From Candidatus Woesearchaeota archaeon (GTDB lineage: Archaea > Nanobdellota > Nanobdellia > Pacearchaeales > GW2011-AR1), in assembly GCA_964409555.1 (NCBI GenBank), contig CAYPDP010000001.1:3978-67977 (forward strand): a stretch of 64,000 bases of DNA. Reading direction: 5' to 3'. The notes below the pieces were generated by a model. That model searched no databases. It was not told the origin of the DNA and worked only from the letters and a program-made list of their open reading frames with translations. Below, piece by piece: positions 56,143-64,000 of this stretch (the stretch's first letter is position 1; every line of letters begins with the position of its first letter). The translations under genes and the position numbers were made by a program.

Positions 56143-58820
56143 TTTTTAGCTTTTTCCAAGAATTCTTCATATTCAGAAAAATCATCTTTCATTTTAAATT
56201 CTTTCTTTTTTATTTCATCTACATAAACTTGATGCATTCTCTTTAAGAAATCCTGCTTGTCTTCCATTCTCATTGTATCCATATGACCCTGTAAAAGAAT
56301 ATTTAATGCAAAAGGAGATGGGATTTTTACATAATCTACATTTATTTTTATTTCTCCTTTTTTTATTAATTCTAAAATCTTTTGAGTGTTTTTAATATCC
56401 ATTAAATCTTCAAAAATTTCTCTTTTTGCTTCATTAAGTATTGGAAATTCTTCACTTATTTTTTTCACAGCATGAATTAAAAAATGACTTTTCATTTGTT
56501 GTTTTCTAACGCTTTTACTTACACCCTTATAATTTCTTAAAATCATTAGTGATCTTGTTGCGCAATGTCTAAATCTTCTCGTTAATATGTCTGTTTTTTC
56601 AATTGCTATTTTAAGTATTTCTTTTAAATCACTATTAGTTAATTCTTCAATTGCTTTTTCAATATCTGTATTTTCTGATGCTAAATAAAATCCCCTATCA
56701 CTAATTCCTATTTCAACATCTCTTTTTTCAATCTTTCTTGAATTTCCAATTATATATCCTAAGGCTCGGGATAAGGCATCATTAACTCTTCGTCCATACA
56801 TACTATTTACAAGTATGTATTTTTTATTATCTCTTTCATCTATATATTTTTCAATTGTTATTAAATTTGTATGTGGAATTTCTGAAAATTCATTTTGCTG
56901 ATTAAAATAATTATAAATTTCAAGGGCTATTTTTTCATCAATATAAAGATATTTTTTTATAAAATTTATTATTTCTTTTTTATTTTTTTTAGATTTGAAT
57001 TTTTCTTTTATTTCCTTTCTAAATTTATTTATTTCCAAAGCAGATTCAAAACTTAAAGGAAGCATTTCTGAAAACCAAGAGGGGATTGTTGGAGATTTTC
57101 TTGTTTCATTTCTTACATAAAGATTCATTCCTTTAGTATACTGAAAAGAATATTTTTTTCCCCCTAAAACAAAAACATCATATTTTTTCATTCTACTTAA
57201 AAATGATTCATCTATAACTCCAATTTTTTCACCACTAGGAGATAATTTTACTGTTATAAAAGATTCTTCAGGAATTGTTCCTACATTTGTCATATAAATA
57301 ACTCTTGCAAGTTTACCTCTTTTTCCTATTTTCTTTTCTTTAGAATCATACCATATTTTTCCATAAACCCAGCTTTTTTCAAGATTATATTCTCCTGAAA
57401 GATAACTTATAACTGAAAGAAAATCTTTTTTTGTAAGATTTGAGTAACAATAACTTTTTCTTATTCTTTTTAAAATTTCATCTATTTTCCAAATTTTGTA
57501 AATTGCCATTCCGTAAATTTGTTGTGATAAAACATCCAGGCAGTTTTTTGGAAATTGTATTTTGTCTATTTTTCCCTCAATCATTTCTTTTTGAATAACT
57601 GAACATTCAACTAAATCATCTCTGTCTAAAACTATAAAACGTCCTTTTGCTGTTTCGTGAAGTTTGTGACCTGCACGACCTATTCTTTGTAAGGCTCTTG
57701 AGGATGCTTTTGGACTTCCTAATAATATGACTAAATCAATATAACCAATATCAATTCCCAGTTCGAGACTTGTAGAGCAGGCGACGACTTTTAATTTTCC
57801 ATCTCTTAAATCCTCCTCTATTTTGAATCGGTGGTCTTTGCTTAAGGATGAGTGATGTGCAGCTATTTCTTCTTCAGGATATTCTGTTGGGAATTTGTCT
57901 TTAAGATAACTAACAACCCTTTCAGTGGCTGCTCTTGTATTTGTAAAAATTAAAGTTGTTTTATGTTTTTTTACAAGGTCATGAATTAAATGATATATTT
58001 CTATGTGGGGGTTTTTGCTTTCAATTAAATTGGGAACTGGGCTTAATATTTTTATATCAAGTTTTTTGTTAAAAGGAACTTTTGCTATTTCTACTTTTCT
58101 ATTTTCTATTTCTTTTTCATTAGTTCCAGGAATTCCAGCTAAAAACTGTGCAACCTCTTCCAATGGTTCAACTGTTGCACTTAATCCTATTTTAACAGGC
58201 CATATTTTACTTATTTCATTTAATCTTTCGAGATTTAAACTTAAGAATACACCTCTTTTATTTCCTAAAGAATGTATTTCATCTATAATACAAAATTCAA
58301 CTTCATCGAAGTATTCAATAAATTTTTTGGTTGTTAATACTATTGAGAGAGATTCAGGAGTTGTTATTAAAATATGGGGTGGGTTTTTTGCCATTTTTAC
58401 TCTTTCATAAGGTGTTGTATCACCTGTTCTTAATCCAACTCTTATTTTTTGAATTTTTTTCCCGTGAGCTTCAGCAATTTTATTTATTTCTTCTAATGGT
58501 TCTATTAAATTTTTATGTATATCATTGCTCAATGCTTTAAGAGGGGAAGAATAAATAGCATAAACTTTATTTTTGAGCTGGTCTTTATCAGAAAGAATAA
58601 CTAAATAATTTAATATTGCCAAGAAAGATGTAAGAGTTTTTGTGCTTCCTGTTGGTGCAGATATGAGGATATTTTTTCTTTCCCATATGCTTAAAACACC
58701 ATATTTCTGGGGCAATGAGAATGCTTTAAATTTTGAGAAAAACCATTCTTTTACAAAAGGATGTAAGATTTTTTCTATGTCTGAATCTTTTCTATTTTTA
58801 GATATGGATATTTGTTTCAT
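56139..58820 (-). CDS. lhr: Lhr-core ATP-dependent SF2 helicase
   Basis: APTGSTKT, SPLKALSND, RTGDT, ITTPESL, DEIH, SAT, AHHSSLS, LELGIDIG, QRIGRAGH. Confidence 0.95.
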   Translation of the reverse strand: MKQISISKNRKDSDIEKILHPFVKEWFFSKFKAFSLPQKYGVLSIWERKNILISAPTGSTKTLTSFLAILNYLVILSDKDQLKNKVYAIYSSPLKALSNDIHKNLIEPLEEINKIAEAHGKKIQKIRVGLRTGDTTPYERVKMAKNPPHILITTPESLSIVLTTKKFIEYFDEVEFCIIDEIHSLGNKRGVFLSLNLERLNEISKIWPVKIGLSATVEPLEEVAQFLAGIPGTNEKEIENRKVEIAKVPFNKKLDIKILSPVPNLIESKNPHIEIYHLIHDLVKKHKTTLIFTNTRAATERVVSYLKDKFPTEYPEEEIAAHHSSLSKDHRFKIEEDLRDGKLKVVACSTSLELGIDIGYIDLVILLGSPKASSRALQRIGRAGHKLHETAKGRFIVLDRDDLVECSVIQKEMIEGKIDKIQFPKNCLDVLSQQIYGMAIYKIWKIDEILKRIRKSYCYSNLTKKDFLSVISYLSGEYNLEKSWVYGKIWYDSKEKKIGKRGKLARVIYMTNVGTIPEESFITVKLSPSGEKIGVIDESFLSRMKKYDVFVLGGKKYSFQYTKGMNLYVRNETRKSPTIPSWFSEMLPLSFESALEINKFRKEIKEKFKSKKNKKEIINFIKKYLYIDEKIALEIYNYFNQQNEFSEIPHTNLITIEKYIDERDNKKYILVNSMYGRRVNDALSRALGYIIGNSRKIEKRDVEIGISDRGFYLASENTDIEKAIEELTNSDLKEILKIAIEKTDILTRRFRHCATRSLMILRNYKGVSKSVRKQQMKSHFLIHAVKKISEEFPILNEAKREIFEDLMDIKNTQKILELIKKGEIKINVDYVKIPSPFALNILLQGHMDTMRMEDKQDFLKRMHQVYVDEIKKKEFKMKDDFSEYEEFLEKAKK

Positions 58821-58951
58821 TTGGATAATTTTGTAAGAACTATTTTAGCCCGTAGAATAAATAATAATATTAGAAATTACTAAAACATTAAAGAATATCC
58901 ATATTTAAAGTTTTGGTTGATTATTTTATTTAAAAAATAATAAAAAATTAT

Positions 58952-59914
58952 TTAAAAAAAACTTATCCAAATAAGAGATATTGAAATTAATATAAATAAT
59001 ATTACTATAAAATATTCCAAGAAGGATGTTTTTAATTTGGTTGATATATAAGGGGCTATTTGGCCTCCTATGAGAACTGCAGGAACAGTTACAATTAATA
59101 TATTCCAAGGAATTATTATGTTTGAATTTACTGATTGTGTAATATGTAAAATAGATGCAATAATTGCTGTTGAAGCGACTATTAAATGACTTGTGCCTAT
59201 TGCAACTCTTATGGGGATATTTGTAATAGTCATAGAAAGAATACCTAACTCCCCTATTCCAAAACCCGAAGAACCTTGGAATAACCCTCCAATAGCATAA
59301 CCTAACATACGTTTTTTCATTCCACAAAATCTACAATATTTGTATGTTTTTCCATTTTTATCTGTAAGACTAACATTATCTGTAAATTTATGATTATGAT
59401 GTTTTCCTATAATTTTACATTTAAGACATTTTTCTTTAGATTCTTTTCTTTTTTTATTTAGCATTAAACTGATTGCAATTATTAGAGATATTGCAATTAT
59501 TAAACGAAGAATTTTTTCCTGAAGGTAGAATGAAATAAATGAACCTACTATTACAAAAGGAATGGCAATTAAGATTGTTCTAAAACCCATTTTTTTATCA
59601 ATAAGTCCAAACCATAGAAATGCAAGAGCTGAACTAGATAAACCAAATGCTTCAGTAATTAAACTTAAAGTAATACTTTGTCCAGCAGTTAATGGAACAG
59701 CAATTAAAGGAAATATTAAAATAAAAAAAGGAACAAATAATGCAGAACCACTTATTCCTAGAGTATTGACTGTTAGTGCAATTGTTAAGGCTATTGGAAA
59801 CATCCACCAAAAAGAAGTCCAATAAGAAGAATTATGCGGAAAGAAAAAGATTAAGAATATTATCCAAATAGGTATTATACTTAATATTAAAATTTTTTTA
59901 GTATCTAAATTCAT
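58952..59914 (-). CDS. TauE/SafE (TSUP) family membrane transporter
   Basis: GISGSALFVP, G..GFGIGELG, AIGTSH.IV, GGQIAP; multiple TM helices. Confidence 0.88.
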   Translation of the reverse strand: MNLDTKKILILSIIPIWIIFLIFFFPHNSSYWTSFWWMFPIALTIALTVNTLGISGSALFVPFFILIFPLIAVPLTAGQSITLSLITEAFGLSSSALAFLWFGLIDKKMGFRTILIAIPFVIVGSFISFYLQEKILRLIIAISLIIAISLMLNKKRKESKEKCLKCKIIGKHHNHKFTDNVSLTDKNGKTYKYCRFCGMKKRMLGYAIGGLFQGSSGFGIGELGILSMTITNIPIRVAIGTSHLIVASTAIIASILHITQSVNSNIIIPWNILIVTVPAVLIGGQIAPYISTKLKTSFLEYFIVILFILISISLIWISFF

Positions 59915-60017
59915 TATTTTATTAATATTTATTTCTTTATAATATTTATTATTCTCAATTAAATTATCTAAAAATTTGATAGGAAACTCTTAAAAACTTT
60001 CTAAACATATTTTTTTT

Positions 60018-60938
60018 ATGACTGACAAATATCAGAGAGTGGATTTTAGGGATCAGATTTCAAAAAATAATTGGAAAACTTTTTTATTGATAAGTTTTAT
60101 TTTTATAATTCTTATTATTTTTGGGTATGCAATATCTTTTGCATTTAGTCCAGGATATTTTTTCTTAATTATGATTTTGGCTATTGTTTTTTCTATTAGT
60201 TATATTATTTTTAGTTATTATAATTCAGATAAAATTGCTCTTGCAAGTGTCAAGGCAAAAAAAGCTTCGCGAACTGAATACAAGGAATATTATAGTTTGG
60301 TGGAAGGTCTAACTATTGCTTCTGGACTTCCCATGCCTAGACTTTATGTTATGAATTCTGAACAAATAAATGCTTTTGCTTCAGGGAGAAATCCTGAAAA
60401 GGCAGTTATTTGTGTTACAACTGGGACTTTAAAGAAACTCGAGAAAAGAGAATTAGAAGGAGTTTTGGCACATGAGTTAAGTCATATAGCAAATTATGAT
60501 ATTAAATATATGACTTTAATTGCAGTGATGGTTGGGATGATTGCAATTATTTCAGAGATTTTTTTAAGAAGTTTGTTTTTTGGGAGGGGAGAAGGTAATG
60601 GAAAAAGTAATTGGATTTTTATTGTTATAGCAATTGCATTGGCTATTCTTGCACCTCTTGTTGTTTGGATTATTCAAATGTCAATTTCTAGAAAAAGAGA
60701 ATTTAATGCTGATGCTTCTGCAGTTAAATTTACTCGTTATCCTCAAGGACTTATTAAAGCACTTAAAAAAATAAAATATGATACCCCTCTTTCTGCAACA
60801 GAAGAGAAAAAACAAAAAATTAGCAAAGCGATTGCTCCCTTATTTTTTTCTAGTCCTTTTAAAAAATCTAAGTTTAAAGAAATTGGTTCAACTCATCCTT
60901 CTTTGGAAAAAAGAATTAATGTTTTAGAAAGAATGTGA
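60018..60938 (+). CDS. htpX: HtpX-family M48 membrane metalloprotease
   Basis: NAFASGRNP, GVLAHELSHI.N.D, ISRKREF.AD, STHPSLEKRI. Confidence 0.95.
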   Translation: MTDKYQRVDFRDQISKNNWKTFLLISFIFIILIIFGYAISFAFSPGYFFLIMILAIVFSISYIIFSYYNSDKIALASVKAKKASRTEYKEYYSLVEGLTIASGLPMPRLYVMNSEQINAFASGRNPEKAVICVTTGTLKKLEKRELEGVLAHELSHIANYDIKYMTLIAVMVGMIAIISEIFLRSLFFGRGEGNGKSNWIFIVIAIALAILAPLVVWIIQMSISRKREFNADASAVKFTRYPQGLIKALKKIKYDTPLSATEEKKQKISKAIAPLFFSSPFKKSKFKEIGSTHPSLEKRINVLERM

Positions 60939-60990
60939 TTTCTTAATTAAATTTCATTATGTTTATAAATAAACATTCTTTAATCATTTT

Positions 60991-61896
60991 ATGGGGTTAA
61001 TTAGAAGTGGTTTATTAGTTATTGTAAGTGTTTTACTTTTTATTTCTCTTTTATTAGGGGGGATTTTTTTGACTTTGAATATGTCTTTGGAATATCAAAA
61101 TGTAAATCCTCAAATTGTACCTATTGTAAATAATTTTATTAATGATTCAAATTTTTCACAATTTATTATTGAATTATATCCTATGATGAATTCTTCTTGC
61201 GAGAATAATTCTGAATTTATTTTTAATTCTTCTGAGTTGGGACAAGTTCTTATAATTCCTTGTGAAACTGTTTTAAAAGGTCCTGAAAATATTGTAAATT
61301 ATACTACTAATTTTTTTATTGAAGATTCTTATTATAAAAATTATGATTGTAGTTTTATAGATTGTTTTCAAAAATATCAACCACCTTTATTTTTAATTTC
61401 TGAAAAATTAAAAGATTATTGGAAAAGTAAATTTAATTTTACTTTAATAATTTCTTTAATTTTAATAGCTTTAGTATTTTTCTTGACTGAAAAAAGAGTT
61501 AATTTATTTTTTATTTTAGGAACTCTTTTAATAATTTCTTCTTTTTTTCTTTTAGCTTTAAATAGAATTTTACCTTTTTTTTCAAATAATATTTTATTAA
61601 ATTTTATTCCAATATTTTTTAGTAAATCTTATACTGTATTTTTATCTAGTCTTATTATGGGAATTGTTATATTTTTAATAGGTATTTTATTAACTCTTTT
61701 TTTAATTGGATTTAAGATATCAAGTTTTTTTAATAGAAAAAAAGAAGGAGTGTCAAAAATAGATGTAAAAGATATAGTTAAAGAAGAATTAAATAAAAAT
61801 ATAGGAGAAAGAAATATTAAAAATAAAAAAATTAATTTAGTAAAAAAAGAGGAAAAGAAATTGAATTCTAATAAAAAAGAAATTAAAAAGGAATAG
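60991..61896 (+). CDS. Membrane protein with Cys-containing extracellular loop
   Basis: One N-terminal and three C-terminal TM helices; loop with C...IPC...YDC.F.DC. Confidence 0.75.
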   Translation: MGLIRSGLLVIVSVLLFISLLLGGIFLTLNMSLEYQNVNPQIVPIVNNFINDSNFSQFIIELYPMMNSSCENNSEFIFNSSELGQVLIIPCETVLKGPENIVNYTTNFFIEDSYYKNYDCSFIDCFQKYQPPLFLISEKLKDYWKSKFNFTLIISLILIALVFFLTEKRVNLFFILGTLLIISSFFLLALNRILPFFSNNILLNFIPIFFSKSYTVFLSSLIMGIVIFLIGILLTLFLIGFKISSFFNRKKEGVSKIDVKDIVKEELNKNIGERNIKNKKINLVKKEEKKLNSNKKEIKKE

Positions 61897-61925
61897 TTTT
61901 TATAGAGATATTTTATTTATTCATT

Positions 61926-62876
61926 ATGGTTCAAATTAAAAGTTATAAAAATGAAAAAAAGTGCATTGTAATGTTATCTGGAGGATTAGATAGTAGATTA
62001 GCTTTGAAAATAATGCAAGAGAATAAATTTGAAGTTTTAGCTTTATTTTTTAAATTACCCTTTGGAACAGGATGTTGTAATGAAAGTTGTTCTTTTAATT
62101 TTTCACAATTACAAAATGTGAAGTTAAAGATGATTGATTGTACTAAAGGAAAACTTTTAAGGGATTATCTTGATGTTTTAAAGAAACCAAAATATGGGCG
62201 AGGAGCAGGAGTAAATCCTTGTGTTGATTGTAGAATTTTCATGTTTAAACTTGCTAGAGAATTTGCAGATAAAAATAATATAGATTTAATAGTTACTGGA
62301 GAAGTTATCGGAGAAAGGCCTATGTCTCAAAAAAAGAGAGCAATGGATATTATTGAGGAAACTTCAGGATTAAAAGGTCGTTTGTTAAGACCTCTTTCAG
62401 CAAAATTACTTTTAGAAACAGAAGCAGAAAAGAAAAATATTGTGAATCGTGAAAATCTTTATAATATTCAGGGGAGATGTAGAAAAAAACAAATTGAATT
62501 AGCAAATAAATTTAAAATATCTTATCCAACTCCTGCTGGAGGTTGTATGCTTTGTGAAAAAAATTTAGTGAAAAGATTAACAACTCTTTTAAAAAGAGAT
62601 TTGAAAGAAGAAGAAGTTAAATTAATTGAAGTTGGGAGGCATTTTATAATAGATAATGTTTGGATTGTTTTAGGGAGGAATGAAAAAGAAAATAAAATTA
62701 TTGAATTTTTAGGAAAAAAATATAAATTAATAATTCCTTCTTTTTCTGGACCAACTGCAGTAATAATTGATGAATCAAATAAAAATATAATTAAAAAAAT
62801 TAATGAAATGATGGAGGCATATTCTAAAAAAGGTAGTTTAGATAAAAGAAAAAAATTTCATAAATATAAATTATAA
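61926..62876 (+). CDS. ThiI/MnmA-like PP-loop tRNA thiolation protein
   Basis: SGGLDS, NPCVDCRIFM, TGEVIGERPMSQ, LLRPLSA, YPTPAGGC.L. Confidence 0.88.
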   Translation: MVQIKSYKNEKKCIVMLSGGLDSRLALKIMQENKFEVLALFFKLPFGTGCCNESCSFNFSQLQNVKLKMIDCTKGKLLRDYLDVLKKPKYGRGAGVNPCVDCRIFMFKLAREFADKNNIDLIVTGEVIGERPMSQKKRAMDIIEETSGLKGRLLRPLSAKLLLETEAEKKNIVNRENLYNIQGRCRKKQIELANKFKISYPTPAGGCMLCEKNLVKRLTTLLKRDLKEEEVKLIEVGRHFIIDNVWIVLGRNEKENKIIEFLGKKYKLIIPSFSGPTAVIIDESNKNIIKKINEMMEAYSKKGSLDKRKKFHKYKL

Positions 62877-62877
62877 G

Positions 62878-63768
62878 ATGATTAATAAGAATTATATAAT
62901 ATTTTTAATGTTTGTTTTAATTTTTACTTCATTAGTATTTGCTAAGTCTAATATTAATTCAGAGTATTTTATTTCTGAAAAAGGTGTAAATGTTAATATT
63001 GTATTTGGTAAAGTTTCAAATTTTGAGTTAGAAATACCTTCTGATGCTAAAAATATTGAAGTTGATGCAGAAAGTTATGAATTGAATGATTATAAAAATT
63101 CACAAATAATAAAAATTAATTTTGCAAAAAATTTGTTGATAAGATATAGTACCAAATCTTTTATTGATAAATCTGGAAATAAATTATTTTTTACTATGAG
63201 AAATAATTTTAATGAATCTTCTAATGTTAAAATATATTTCTCAGAAGGTGCTGTTTTATCAGAAAAGGGAATTCTCTTTCCGACAAGATTTAAAAAAATA
63301 ACTGATGGGAGAAGAATTATTTTAGAATTAAATGATTTTAATGAAGAACAGATTGTTGTAACTTATGAATTTGTGAAAAAAAATAATTTTTTATTTTATT
63401 TAATTGTTATTTTTATTTTTTCTTTAATGATTTTTATTTATTTTCTTGAGAAAAATAAGATAAAAAAAGAAATAAAAAATTTTAGAAAAGAGAATAAAAA
63501 GTTAAAGAAAGAAAAATACAATTTAATTAAAGATGAAACAAAAGAGGAGATTGAAGAAAGACTTATAAGAAATTTGTTTGAAGATGAAAAAATTATTGTT
63601 AAATATCTTTTATATAAAAAAAATAATGAATGTTGGACAAAAGAAATTGTTAAGGATTTAGATATTAGTAAAGTAAAATTAAGTAGAAAATTAAGAAGTT
63701 TAGAGCAAAAAGGAATTGTGAAAAAGATTCCTTATGGAAATGAAAATAGAATTAAACTTCTTAAATAG
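62878..63768 (+). CDS. Membrane-anchored winged-HTH transcription regulator (signal peptide - extracellular domain - TM - cytoplasmic wHTH)
   Basis: Signal ending VFA, TM FLFYLIVIFIFSLMIFIYFL, wHTH L.EDEK.IV..L...TKEIV..LDISKVKLSRKLRSLEQKGIV.K..YG..N.I.L; resembles COG2512-type architecture. Confidence 0.85.
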   Translation: MINKNYIIFLMFVLIFTSLVFAKSNINSEYFISEKGVNVNIVFGKVSNFELEIPSDAKNIEVDAESYELNDYKNSQIIKINFAKNLLIRYSTKSFIDKSGNKLFFTMRNNFNESSNVKIYFSEGAVLSEKGILFPTRFKKITDGRRIILELNDFNEEQIVVTYEFVKKNNFLFYLIVIFIFSLMIFIYFLEKNKIKKEIKNFRKENKKLKKEKYNLIKDETKEEIEERLIRNLFEDEKIIVKYLLYKKNNECWTKEIVKDLDISKVKLSRKLRSLEQKGIVKKIPYGNENRIKLLK

Positions 63769-63770
63769 CT

Positions 63771-63802
63771 TTTGTTTCAAATTGTTAACAGGCTGTTTCA
63801 CA
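63771..63802 (+). promoter_or_regulatory. Conserved 32-bp upstream element, copy 2 (TTTGTTTCAAATTGTTAACAGGCTGTTTCACA)
   Basis: 29/32 identical to 16377-16408; followed by TATA-like TTATAAAG at 63809-63816. Confidence 0.8.
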
Positions 63803-63836
63803 TATTAATTATAAAGAATTTATATCTTAAAAATGT

Positions 63837-63890
63837 ATGAAACTAAATAAATTATATTTAATAGAGTTGAAAGGAGGTTTTTTTAAATGA
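63837..63890 (+). other. Candidate leaderless leader peptide MKLNKLYLIELKGGFFK
   Basis: ATG 28 nt after TATA start; contains SD AAGGAGGT; TGA overlaps the next ATG (ATGA). Confidence 0.55.
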
Positions 63891-64000
63891 ATATATTAAA
63901 ATTAATGGTAGTTGGAGTAATGGCAATTTCAGTATTATTTTTTATGAGTTCTTTTACTTTGGCTCAAACAGATTTGAATGTTTCAGATAATGTTAGTAGT
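63887..64000 (+). CDS. Secreted protein, N-terminus only (truncated by window edge)
   Basis: MNILKLMVVGVMAISVLFFMSSFTLA-QTDLNVSDNVSS: signal peptide; strong SD. Confidence 0.8.
   Translation, partial: MNILKLMVVGVMAISVLFFMSSFTLAQTDLNVSDNVSS

Noticed and set aside
73..59825. Many short ORFs in the track lying antisense to or inside long genes (e.g. 73-465, 1806-2105, 4689-4895, 5906-6112, 13673-13966, 15020-15370, 23930-24304, 25322-25540, 28913-29122, 39353-39538, 41154-41345, 44451-44684, 48955-49461, 56016-56246, 58003-58836, 58926-59327, 59562-59825)
   Set aside because: Shadow frames of well-supported genes; Phe/Leu/Ile/Ser-rich composition expected from the reverse complement of Lys/Glu-rich AT-rich coding DNA
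1..64000. CRISPR array, transposase, integrase, provirus or rRNA
   Set aside because: No regularly spaced repeats, no recognisable recombinase/capsid motifs and no long GC-rich structural RNA seen

Overview
Very AT-rich (roughly one quarter G+C by eye), gene-dense archaeal chromosome segment with no transposase, integrase, CRISPR array or rRNA visible. Gene content includes archaeal PheRS, RFC-S/L, FEN1, PolB, TFS, Rpo11, RadB, aRF1, NAC, Sec61beta, L41e, two Cdc48 and an intron-containing tRNA-Lys. Together with near-absent biosynthesis and mostly leaderless genes (TATA box about 28 nt before ATG), this points to a DPANN archaeon, most likely Pacearchaeota-like (inference). Several real small genes are missing from the ORF track: the pheT start, L41e, Sec61beta, a ferredoxin, a TGA-interrupted ORF and a secreted protein at the right edge. 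The best candidates for new biology are five. (1) A 32-bp element occurs twice, 47 kb apart (29/32 identical). Each copy sits the same distance upstream of a TATA box, a homologous leaderless leader peptide (MKxNKxYLxxLKGG) and an SD-led secreted-protein gene, and one copy directly follows a membrane-anchored winged-HTH gene, suggesting a transmembrane one-component regulon. (2) An ApbE + NOX/ferric-reductase-like + small membrane protein ending in -TRAS operon is a candidate flavinylation-based electron-transfer module. (3) A Zn-ribbon/AbrB-cdc48-hsp20-cdc48 operon has an operator-like palindrome and a structured leader. (4) There is an orphan acyl-carrier protein and an orphan degenerate histidine kinase. 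(5) A GC-rich, structured 75-nt in-frame insertion lies inside the Trm5-family gene.
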